The position numbers and the translations under genes are program-made. This document shows, piece after piece, positions 12,381 to 23,866 of a stretch of DNA of 64,000 nt. The notes beneath the pieces are model-generated. The model saw only the letters and a list, made by a program, of their open reading frames with translations. It made no database searches and had not been told where the DNA came from. The stretch spans positions 10,788,001 to 10,852,000 of the forward strand of contig OZ038379.1 of NCBI GenBank assembly GCA_964036045.1, in the 5' to 3' direction. This DNA is from Eutreptiella sp. 'Long Island Sound 2002'. Taxonomy: Eukaryota > Protista > Euglenida. Every line of letters begins with the position of its first letter. The first letter of the stretch is position 1.

Positions 12381-15300
12381 GTTCTCCCTCTTCCATAAAC
12401 CGCCCCACGTCAAAGTAATCTTGACGTGCGCTACATTTGGGGCAATTTGGTGAGGGCAGTGGCAGTAGGACGCACTTGGGGCAATTTGGTGAGGGCAGTG
12501 GCAGTAGGACGCACGCGCGTTTTCGCGCAGAGGCATGCGCACATGCGCACATGTGCGTGTTCGCAGGCACAGGCGCCGCGCAGATGGACCTGCACAGGCG
12601 CAGACATGCGCGTACATGCACACATTCTCATGCACACACACGTGCACACACAGACACACACGACGTGTTGTGTTGCCTCTGCTGCATGTGGTGATTCTAT
12701 GTGTGTGATCTCGGTGGTGGTCCACAGCTGGCCACGTTATTTTGTTGCCCCCCCCCCCCCCCCCCCAGCCCCTAGCCCTGGCCCCCCTGCCCCTGGGCCT
12801 TGTTCCTCTGTTACACCCTCCGACATCAGATGTGGTGGAGAGCGCCCTCTGCCTGTGCACATGGGCACGTCTCTTGAGAGAGCGAAGCGAGCGAGGAAGG
12901 TGCATAGGAGCAGGTCTCGAGTGAGCGAAGAGAGCGAGGAAGCTGAATAGGGGTAGGTCTGGAGTGAGCGAAGTGAGCGAGGAAGGCGCACAGGGGCTGG
13001 GGGGGGGTTAGTTGCTGCTTAGCGGCGGTCTGTGACGTATTGCTGCACCCTATTGCTCTACTCTGCAGGTTAGTGGTCAGCCCACTGGCATCTGTATGTC
13101 CCTCTTTTGACAGAAAGGTACCTATGATCTTTTAGGCCACTGACGAGCCAATTTTCTTTCTGTGATTCCTTCGGGGGGTTACCACAATAGGAGGTGGGGG
13201 GGGGTGGCGCTAACGGGGCGCGCGCCGAGCCTGATTTGTGCCTCGTATAACAAGGCAAGCAGTTTCAGCCAAAGTCGGTCTAGAGTCTGCCGGGAGAGGG
13301 CGAGTATCAATCCCCCTTGCGAATCACATTTTCAGGTGTCGATCACAGCCTCTGCAGTTTCAGAGTTGGCGGCAGGCGTGGGACATTACCTTCGGGATGT
13401 GTGCAACTTCACCATCGAGTGGCCCCGTGGTGGCGGCAGCAACATCTTTATCCCTGATCCATGGCCCAAGATTGGGACTCCCATTGGCCGCCGGAGATTG
13501 GTGTGCCCCTTTGCTCAAGAGAGTGTCCCTGCGCGCGCCCTGTGGGCAGGCAACAGCTGTGGTAATCTCCCGTGTCAGGGTCAGGGGAGTGGTCTGGCTT
13601 CGGGCGCGATGTGGCGATCATTTTGAGGCAGATATGTTGGGGTTCGGGGGCCACTGGATATTTGAGGCCCGAGGTGTGCGTGTGTGCGTGTATGTGGGGT
13701 CCCCAAAGGGGCTCAAACGGACTCCACACCCTGCAAATTTTTGCTCGTGCACCCGTTGCATCGCCACTCTCCTCCCGCTTCCCTTGCGGCACTTCCCGAA
13801 CTCTTCCCGGGCTCCTCCCGGGCCCCTCCCGAGCTTCAACCCCCAGAAGCTGTGCAGAAGAACATGAGTCGAAGGCACGAGACACCTACAGAATGAGAAC
13901 AGGTGAGTGTTCAGGGCCCTGCGTGTCAACGAGGCGACAAACGGTCGTGCAAGGGGTGGTCACACTTTGATTCTTCACACGTACTGTGCCCCATTTTCTG
14001 GGGGTGCCGTGCGGTGCTCCGTGGCATTGGCTTGGCACCACTTCACCCTTCACCTTGGAGTCGGAAGCAGGGGCCCCGTACCTTGGGTAAGGGCACAACC
14101 CCGTGTGTACATGAGGCACAAGCAGAAGCTCCATTTTCAAGTCAGAAGAGACATGTCAGGCCGGCAGACAAACGGTGTGGACAGAACCTCCGGAAGACTG
14201 ACTTCGGTCACCGAAGCCGTTCCTCAGCCTCAGGAATGCAGCCACTCCCGGGCACACAAGGGTGTCACATTGTTTTTGTGTCTGGCACCCCTTCTTTGTG
14301 TCTGGGAATCACCTTGTGTACATGCCCTTGTGGATTGCCCTCTGTCGGAGTGCCCTCTGACTGCGTGCATCGTCACTGCTGCCCACATCAATGTACGCAG
14401 GTCCCATGGTCGTACATGATGAACGTGGTCACACACAGCTATTCCTTTGTGTGGTATTCTTGGGCCGACTGGGAGCGTCTGATTGACTGGATGGCGCTGA
14501 GTGGAATCAATTTGGTCTTGGCCACCACTGGGCAAGAGGAGGTGCAGGTAATGGATGTCAGGGGCCGGACGGGGATTTCCGGAGAGGCACGACATCCGGC
14601 GTGTCGTGTGCAGGTGAACCCGAGAAATGCAACGGCGTGGTCGGCTTGGTGCTAGGCTTTGGCCAGGCGGTCCTCGTTGAACTCAGCTTCGTTTGAGGTT
14701 TTGGCAGGAACTACCGTCGTTAAACACACATTCCAACCGCCTTTAACAGCTGTCAACCATCGTCAACCGGAAATTGTCAGCCAGCCAACATGTCATGCCT
14801 TTCATGGCACATGCCAACAATGGCAGCCAAAAGCCAGTCGAGTACCCATTACCCACTGCCGACCGCCAGTCACTTCCCCTGTCTGGGTCTGGGCGGGAGG
14901 TTCCACTACGGCGAGTCAGTTCCCACATGGCACAATCGTGCGGTGTCCAGTGTCATGTCCTTTGTGCGATCTGCTCTTGTCAATCGAGGTCTGTCTCTCT
15001 CGAAGGCCCACTCCGGTGTCAGCCCTGGCTTCGCATGACGCCGTTCCCAAGGCCGTGAAGGTGGGAGGGTGCTCGCCCCATCTGATGCGTAACACAGGGC
15101 CCGGGGAGTTCGGGATCGCCAAGTGTGACACACCATCCGCCCGCGATCACTTGCCTGTGATTTCCGGGTGCGTCCATCGCCCCATCGCCAGCGGTGCATG
15201 GCCCCACTTCGGTGTGCCGAACTCGTGTTCTGCAGTCAGCCCCAGCGCCATGCACCTCTTCGACGCTCTCTTTGTGACACGGCGGCAGCGAGAACACTCA

Positions 15301-18300
15301 GCAGCATCTAAACGGTTCAGCCACATGAACACCGGAGCACGGCCTGTGGTGTTGGGGGGCAGATCTGCGGAAGACAACGACGGAGATGCCCGAGGGACCC
15401 AAAGGATTGGCGCTGTGGGTCTCAATTGCGCGCACGTGGGCGGGGGGTTATGGTTAGAACAGCTGCTTCGGCGGGACATTATGCAGGACCTCAACGGCCC
15501 AGGCATCTCCCTGACCTGCTGGGCCTTGGCCAAGGTAGACATGCCCCACCCGGAGCTGAGGGAGGCGCTTGCAACACGTGTGACGGATGACCGTATGATT
15601 CGACCGCTCTCCGCCCGAGATATGGCCAACACGGTGCGGGTCTTCACCGGTGCTTGGACCCCCACCCACGAGTGGAGGATTCCCTCCGTAAAAAGGTGAA
15701 CACATACGTACACCCGGACGTACTAATCGGTACAGTCACTCCCCCTTCACCCCCCCCCCCCCCTCTTACTTCTCTTTTGAGAGTCAGTTGCCCAGTGGCG
15801 ACCAAGAAAGCCCACAAGCGGAGGGCAGCAAAAGTGCCGACTTTTTTTTGGTAAATTGACCCCCCCCCCATTTTTCACCCCAGCTTGTGCATCTCAAAAG
15901 GATCAGGGCGACGTAGCGATCATTCTCAGGTATGATATGTTGTGACCCCGCAACTCCGCATTGGGGTAGGGCCTACAAGTCCGCGTCCGAGCACGTACAC
16001 GTTGGGTAAAACGAGTTGCAAGTCACCGCCGTGAAGGCCCCCGGGCAACAGCACCAGGCCGTGGCTTCAAGTTTACTTTTGGCTCTGGCTCTGGCTTTGG
16101 CATTTATCTTGGCCTTTGCCTTTGGTGGGGCTTCGGCTTGGGCTTCGGCTTTGTCTTTGGCTTCAACTAACAGTTGTAGGAGATCTTCTACCGGTTTCAT
16201 GCCTCAGCACTGCAAGGGTTATGGTGAGGTTTGGTGCTCTGCATTGGTGTGCTGCTCCCTTCCGTCTTCTTCAGTACAAGGTGTTTCGCCAATTTGGGCT
16301 GACAGACCTCGAGATTCGCTGCTGGTTCAACGGCCCTGCATTTCTGGCGTGGAGCCGCGGCCAGAACGAGTATGGCTCGGGCATCGCAGGGCCCCTGCCG
16401 CGCTCATGGATGCAATCCCAGTGGGCCTTGCAGCGGCAGATCCTCGCGCGCTATCGCGCGCTGGGGATTGTTGGGCAGTTGCCGGGATTTCAGGGCGTTG
16501 TGCCCGCGGCCCTAGCGTCCCGGCACCGGGACAGCAACATCACCGTGGCCGGGGAGACGGGGTGGATGGATAGTCTGGACCCGTTCTTCGGGCGCATCGC
16601 AGACGTTTGGATGCAGACGTTGCTGGACGACTTTGGGACGGATCACTGGTACCAAATGGACGGACTGTTTGATGGCACGGCAAGCCCTTGGATGGAGAGT
16701 ACCCCGGACCTCATGTCGGGCGGTGTGAACGGGGAATGTGCGTCGAGTCTGCAGGCAGACGCGCGCGAGGGCAGCACGAGATGTGTATTGGACAGGGGTT
16801 AGACCATGTGCAATGACCCATGGGTGATGCCGACGTTCTTTGCAACAGCAACAGGGCGCTGGCTTCGGCTCAACCTTTAGCTCTGCCTTCGCTTAATTTA
16901 CCTCCGCCTTCGCTTTCGGTTTTTGTGCAACTATTTCCCATCGTACGTAGCTTTACCAGACCCCAGCGCGGCTTGTGTGGGGCCCATAGCAGTGGCATCA
17001 GGCATCAGTGCACCCATGAACTGGCTTCGTGCAGATCTGGACTGCCACAATACAGCGACAGACAGGTGGCCTTTCAAAGTAGGGGCGGTGATGTGTTTGA
17101 GGAAAGGCAGTGGCTTGTTTGTGGGGAGGGAGCGAGGTATGTGTGAGGCGGGACAGTGACACGCTGTGCAAGGCACAAGGCAGAAAAAGATGCGTCTCGG
17201 TTCGTGGGTCCAACCCTCTTACGCGCCGCGAGGTGGTTGGAGGTGATTCGGGCGCGACCCGCCGACACATGCCTGCCTGCCACTCGTCAGGTGGGAGTAC
17301 AGCCGTGTCTGAAACCCCGTCAGATTGCGTTGCCTACCGCAGGGCCGCTGCGGCGTACCAGGGGCTGAATCGGACCGACCCCCATGCGGTGTGGAGCTAC
17401 CAGGGGTGGGCCATCCTGAAGTGGAGGTCGCAAGAGCAGAGGGCGCGGTTCAAGGCCGTGGTGGCCGCAGTGCCCGAGGGCAAGTTCAACGTCATCGATA
17501 TGGATACCAATGGCGCGGGGCAGTGGAAGAATTGGGGAAACTACAGCTTCTTTGGCGCCAGGTCTCATTTACGGTTTCGGTGTCGTTTGCTGGTGTGAGA
17601 GTGTCGTGTCTCTGCCTCTCCCCCCGATGGTTGTGTCTCGGTCTTGGTGTGCCAGCCGTTACGGCGTTCCCCGTGCAAGGCGATCGCTGACAACGGGCGG
17701 GACAGACTTTCCAAAGGAATGGCCGATACGGCCGCGATGACCACTGCGACACGCGTGGCTGCACGTTCTTCGGCACCAAGGGAGGCGGCTGGAACACGCG
17801 GTGGTGCGCAGCCACGTGCTTGTCTTGGCACGGGAACCCGTGGTACCAATATTTGGGAGCCCCGCTGCTCGAGGGCCGCGGGCACAAGGGGCCCTCCAAA
17901 ATCATTCTCCCCCGGCTCCCCATGCCTGAGGCCTTGTGGATTGAGAGCCATGCATGCCCATGCGTTCACGCCCTCTCTGGGCATGTGGTATCGTCCACCT
18001 TGCGGAACCTTGCGAACAGCATGTGAGCATGCACGTTGACTCACTTTGGCGCCAATTGACATACACGAGGGTACCCGCGCCAGTCTGTGCCGATCAGCAT
18101 CACTGACTAGCAACTGAATGCTCGAGCCCTCGCGCATTGGGAGGCCGGCAAACTCATTTTTTTCGGGGTTGATCTCCTCGTGCCCGTGGCAAGAAACACC
18201 GAGGACCCACTCGACAGACATCCGTATCATTGTTAATAGGCCTGAACGCTAAGCTTTACTCATGTTTGGACAATGGGGGTGTTCCATAGTGACTGGTTTG

Positions 18301-20039
18301 GGCACCGTGTGGTACTAGTGTACGGGTGTCCAGTGCTATGTCTATTGTGGGTTGAGGTCCGTTCTAGAGAGCAATACGAGGGGTTGGGGGGTGCGGATGT
18401 AGGTCTGTGGGTGAGGGGGGGATGCTTCTCCCGCTGCTGCCAATCGGCGCAAGGGAGGGACGGAGGGAGGGGCGTAGTAGAACGAAATCCTTGGGCACGT
18501 TCGGGGCGGTCTGGTGAAAGGGGTGGCCTCGGTGGGCGGATGCGCAGACTTGGGCTGTGGCTGCGACTGGGGCTGACGTCGCACTTCACCTCAGGTTCGT
18601 GTGGACCACGTTGCATAACTTCGGGGGCAATGATGGCATTGCCGGCGACTTGGGCATTCTCAACGACATCCCATGGGCTGCGCTGGCGCCGGACACCCCC
18701 ACGTCAGTGTGGGGGACCGGTTTTACGCCCGAAGGCATCGACCAGAATCCCCTGTACTACGATTTCATGCAGGTCTCCGTGTGCCCCCCCCCCCCTTTTC
18801 CCCGGTGCAGCAGGTGCAGGTCCGCTCGACTACAAGACATGTTCCTCTTTCGCCTCAACGATGTTTCGGAGGCTGACGGCCATCGTCAGTCTTATGGCCG
18901 GTGCACGGCCTGTAAACACCAGAGAGACCTTCCACAGAAGCCATGCGTTGTGGTTCAAAACCAGGCTCAGAATCCGCGTGCTGCACGTAGCCCTAAAACG
19001 CTGTGCGGCAGGACAGTGCTTCTGCGCAGCGCTGCCCAAAATACGCACCCCCACCCCCCCAAAAGAATTAGTGTGCCACTCTCTTTATGGAGCCATGTGA
19101 CAGAGTCAGTGCCCCGGGGTGCAGGTGTTTTCATATCATTTGGAGGGGGATCGTTCATTTCGGACCTTAACTCGACTGGAGACCCAATGCGGTGATCCAT
19201 TGACTTGCCCCGGCCAAGCGCTGCGTTGCACAGATGCCGCCGACGCCGCACCGCAGTCGTGCGCGCATTGGGTCCGGCCAGCCCTCGTACGGAGCCCTGG
19301 TCCCGCATGGGTCAGACTTGTGAGCTGCGCGGGCTGAAGGCTCATGCCCCTCGCCGTTGGAGTGCGTTTGGCGATGGGATGGCCACGCTGTGCCCCCGCT
19401 TCGCGTGCCAAGCCCTTGGGTTCCGCCCGGGCGGCAGGACATTTCAGGGGGGCCCACCGGACCCGGTCCGCGGACGCGACCCCCCGTACACCCTCCCTTT
19501 TGACAGTTCGGTGCCCGGCAGTGATCAACACAACCCCCACGAAGGGGGGCGCTCAAGGCGCCGGACACTTTGCGCCGGGGCTCACCCCCCCCCCCCCTTC
19601 CCCATGTCTGTGGACAGACATTGCAGACAATTTCCTCCTGCAAACTCTACCCCGTGAGTACACGCGCAGTCGCCCCCCCGGCACACTTACTCCGCCTTCA
19701 TGGCACCCTGGACCCCCCCCCCCCCGCCCTCCGCGCATCCAGTCATCCAGGGGCTCCGTTGACACGACCAAAACACGTTCGGACCCACAGAGGGTCAGAA
19801 CGTGCAAGGGCGAGAGGCCAATAGGCGCCGCCAAAGGCACACCAGCTATCCCCATGGCCTCGTGCCGGACCCCCTTCGCGCGGAAAGCACGCTCAGTCAC
19901 CCCCCGGGGGGTGGGGGTATGGCATTGATGTAGTTGTTGTGCAGGGGTGTGGGGGTGTTGGGGTGTGGGGGTGTTGGGGTGTGGGGGTGTGGGGGTGTGT
20001 GGGGTGTGGGGGTGTGGGGGTGTGGGGGTGTGGGGGTGT

Positions 20040-20073
<34 letters not shown>

Positions 20074-23000
20074 GAGGAGCGCCTGCCGCGGTCCCACGTA
20101 CGGTGAGCCTTGGCGTCGTCCCCCGGGGGCCCCACGCAGGCACAGCCGAGGGAGTCCTCCGTCTTACCTCCGCTAGAGTAAGACGAATCTCGTCGCACAC
20201 CTGAGAACGCCCCTCCCAGCAGGCCGTCTGGGTCAAAGCGCCGGTGTACGACAACGCTACGGTCCGATCTGCTCTCCGGTCCCGGCCACCGACCGCTCCG
20301 AACTCTCCTGGGTCCACCCGAGGTAGCGTCCCAGGATCAACGGGCACGGAAGGTGTGGGTCTCCCGGGGCATCACCCCCGACTTGAAAACGTCGCCGGGC
20401 TAAATAGAACGCGGCCCAGCACGACTATGCGCACTGCCGGCGGGCTGAGTACCGCCGGCGTCGCGAGTACGGTCACGCTACACGATCACGCGCACCGCCG
20501 GTGGCCTGGGTACGCCCGGGTTCTGTGAGTGCGGGACGTGCGTCACAGCCATAGCACCACGGTGGTGCACCGCCGTGGAGGTCACCGACGACGCCCGGCC
20601 GCAAAGGCCGAGCCCAAACGACGAGCCCTACGATACGTGCACCGAGACGGCACGTGACCGAGAAAGTGGCACCACGATGGTGCCCGAGTGAGACGGCGAC
20701 GTTCGCCGATGGCACGTGAGGCGGTGAGTACCGCCGATGACTCGTCACCTCTACACGGGGTGTCACGGAGGGTGGCGGAGCGTCAGGTGCAGACCCCGCC
20801 ATGGTGCCTCGAGTATTGGCCTGGAGGACACACCATGGCCAGGCTGGCGCACGAAGACCGTTTGGGCAGCGCCACGGTGGCGCTCTGCCCTGAAGGTTGC
20901 GCCACGACGGCGCACGTGTACGTTGACTGCACCACGGTGGTGCCACGTCACTGAACTGGCGCCACGTCGGCGCAGGGCTGTCTAGGCAGCGCCGCGGTGG
21001 CGTTCTGCCCTGAGGATTGCGCCACGATGGCGCACATGTACGTTGGCGGCACCACGATGGCGCTCTGCCACTGAACTGGCGCCACGGAGGCATAGGGCTG
21101 TCTGGGCAGTGCCACGACGGCGCCGTGCCCCGAACACTGCGCCACGGCGGCACACGTGCACGTTGGCTGCACCACGGTGGTGTGATGCCACTGAAGTGGC
21201 GCCACGTTGGCGCTGGATTGTTTGGGCGGCGCCGTGGCGGCGCTCTGCCGAGAAGGCCGCGCCACGACGGCGTTCTGCCCTGAAGGCCGCGCCACGACGG
21301 CGCACGGGTACGTTCGCGGCACCACGATGGTGCCCTGCCACTGAGCCCGCGCCATGTCGGCGCAGAGCTGTCGGGGCAGGCGCCACGTTGGCGTCTGGCG
21401 GTCGGGGGGAGGCCACGTATGTGCATCTGTCCCCCACAGGACTGCATGTCTGGCCCAGGGAGGGGTCCTGGACGGTTGGCGGGCGGGGTGGGCCCGGCCT
21501 GACACAGGGAAGACGCACGAGAAATCGAGACGTATCACGACTAGCTTCGAGCGTGGCAGTGCGTGTGGGCAATCCGTCCCACAGCTACCATCCTGAGGGT
21601 TTTTAGACTGGTGCCAGGTCACCAGATGTTGGGGTGTGGGGGTGTTGGGGTGTGGGGGTGTGGGGGTGTGGGGGTGTTGGGGTGTGGGGGTGTGGGGGTG
21701 TTGGGGTGTGGGGGTGTGGGGGTGTGGGGGTGTTGGGGTGTGGGGGTGTGGGGGTGTGGGGGTGTGGGGGTGTGGGGGTGTGGGGGTGTGGGGGTGTGGG
21801 GGTGTTGGGGTGTGGGGGTGTTGGGGTGTGGGGGTGTGGGGGTGTGGGGGTGTTGGGGTGTGGGGGTGTTGGGGTGTGTGGGTGTGGGGGTGTGGGGGTG
21901 TGGGGGTGTGGGGGTGTGGGGGTGTGGGGGTGTGGGGGTGTGGGGGTGTGGGGGTGTGGGGGGTGTGGGGGTGTTGGGGTGTGGGGGTGTGGGGGTGTGG
22001 GGGTGTTGGGGTGTGGGGGTGTTGGGGTGTGGGGGTGTTGGGGTGTGGGGGTGTGGGGGTGTGGGGGTGTGTGGGGTGTGGGGGTGTGGGGGTGTTGGGG
22101 TGTGGGGGTGTGGGGGTGTGGGGGTGTGGGGGTGTTGGGGTGTGGGGGTGTTGGGGTGTGGGGTGTGTGGGGGTGTGGGGGTGTTGGGGTGTGGGGGTAT
22201 TGGGGTGTGGGGGTGTTGGGGTGTGGGGGTGTGGGGGTGTGGGGGTGTGGGGGTGTGGGGGCGTGGGGGCGTGGGGGTGTGGGGGTGTGGGGGTGTGGGG
22301 GTGTGGGGGTGTTGGGGTGTGGGGGTGTGGGGGTGTTGGGGTGTGGGGGTGTTGGGGTGTGGGGGTGTGGGGGTGTGGGGGTGTGGGGGTGTGGGGGTGT
22401 GGGGGTGTGGGGGTGTGGGGGTGTGGGGGTGTGGGGGTGTGGGGGTGTGGGGGTGTGGGGGTGTTGGGGTGTGGGGGTGTGGGGGTGTGGGGGTGTTGGG
22501 GTGTGGGGGTGTGGGGGTGTGGGGGTGTTGGGGTGTTGGGGTGTGGGGGTGTGGGGGTGTTGGGGTGTGGGGGTGTGGGGGTGTGGGGGTGTGGGGGTGT
22601 TGGGGTGTGGGGGTGTGGGGGTGTGGGGGTGTTGGGGTGTGGGGGTGTTGGGGTGTGGGGGTGTTGGGGTGTGGGGGTGTGGGGGTGTGGGGGTGTGGGG
22701 GTGTGGGGGTGTGGGGGTGTTGGGGTGTGGGGGTGTTGGGGTGTGGGGGTGTGGGAGTGTGGGGGTGTGGGGGGTGTGGGGGTGTTGGGTGTGGGGGTGG
22801 CTGTTGAGGGCTGTGATGCCAAGTTACGACTTACCAAAGTCCCACATGAGTCCCTCGAAAAGGGCAGTCGGACCGGTGATGGCCCATGAAGTGGGACGCC
22901 AAGCGGCCCCGAGGGGACTTTCCCCACGGTACATCCCCCCGACAGAGTCAGCGCGTCACGGGCATCGGCTGCCACTGGTCAGTGCCCATGCTGCGCCCCT

Positions 23001-23815
23001 TTGCCGCTCGCCCCCGAGGGTTTGCCTTGTAACTCCGGCGTGCGGTCACCCTCCGCAGGGGGCCCCGTTCCGCGATTCCCGTGTGGCAAATCTTACCGAA
23101 TGGGCCGTGACCTGGGCGCATCGCCGCTACGGATTGGCGGCCCCCGTGCGGCACGTCGGCCGCGCCTGGGCCCTGTTGCGGGCCGGCCCGTACGCCGCCG
23201 ACCGTGCGGTGCAGGACAACACGGGGGTGTCCCACCTGCCCGGCACGTCACGCCAGTTCAGGCCTGACCGTACGACCCCCGGCCCTACTCTGTGCACCGT
23301 CTTCGCGGCCTGGGGGCACTTACTGGCGTCCGTGCCTCATCTCGACCCCAGGCTCGCACCATTTCAGTACGACCTTGTGAACGTCGGACGTGAGGTGGTG
23401 CCCCTTCCTGAGCGGCCTTCCGTGCCTCCCTGCACCCGCCAGTCATATCCGGATCCATACCCCCCACCCCTGCAGTTCCACGGCCATTGCCCAGTGTTCT
23501 GTGTGGCAGTGTCTCCCAATGCAATGCGAGACACGAATGCACTGTGGTGCAACGCACAAGACTTGGTCGCCTGAGGTCGGTGTTGGGCTGTGCGGGCACG
23601 TACATGCACTTGCACACACGGACCCATCCATTTGCAACCTAAGCCGCACCCAAGGAGGATGGAGTAGTGTTACCTACGGTAAGGCAGCTCAGCCTGTCAC
23701 CGAGGCATGAAAACACTGAGGGCATGCGGTTCAGGTGATGCGTAGTAAGTTCGGAGTTGCACCTCACAGTTCGTGCTTGATTTTGAAGTTGCCTTGCGCA
23801 TCACACGCACACACG

Positions 23816-23866
<51 letters not shown>

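Noticed and set aside
16960-17090. Extra NAGLU exon (DPSAACVGP...) after a CCAG acceptor
   Set aside because: It has no GH89 similarity, and exons 4 and 5 already join in phase without it. It cannot be excluded without cDNA.
16749-17284. Possible second non-conventional intron (GCAGGCAG...CTGCCTGC inverted pair)
   Set aside because: There are only 8 bp of pairing and no TSD, and neither +4/-8 register restores the frame. A GT-AG solution exists.
20550-21385. CRISPR array call for the 30-bp palindrome-spacer array
   Set aside because: The 15-bp spacers recur with period four, are too short, and no cas genes are present. It is kept as a repeat finding instead.
21627-22800. Interstitial telomere
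   Set aside because: The unit (G/T)GGGGTGT is not TTAGGG or another telomeric repeat I can support for this lineage, and it lies inside an intron.
20948-23574. 400-675 aa Gly/Cys/Trp/Val or Pro/His/Thr-rich ORFs
   Set aside because: They are stop-free translations of the 8-bp G-rich VNTR. Only 23059-23394 is real coding sequence (NAGLU exon 7).
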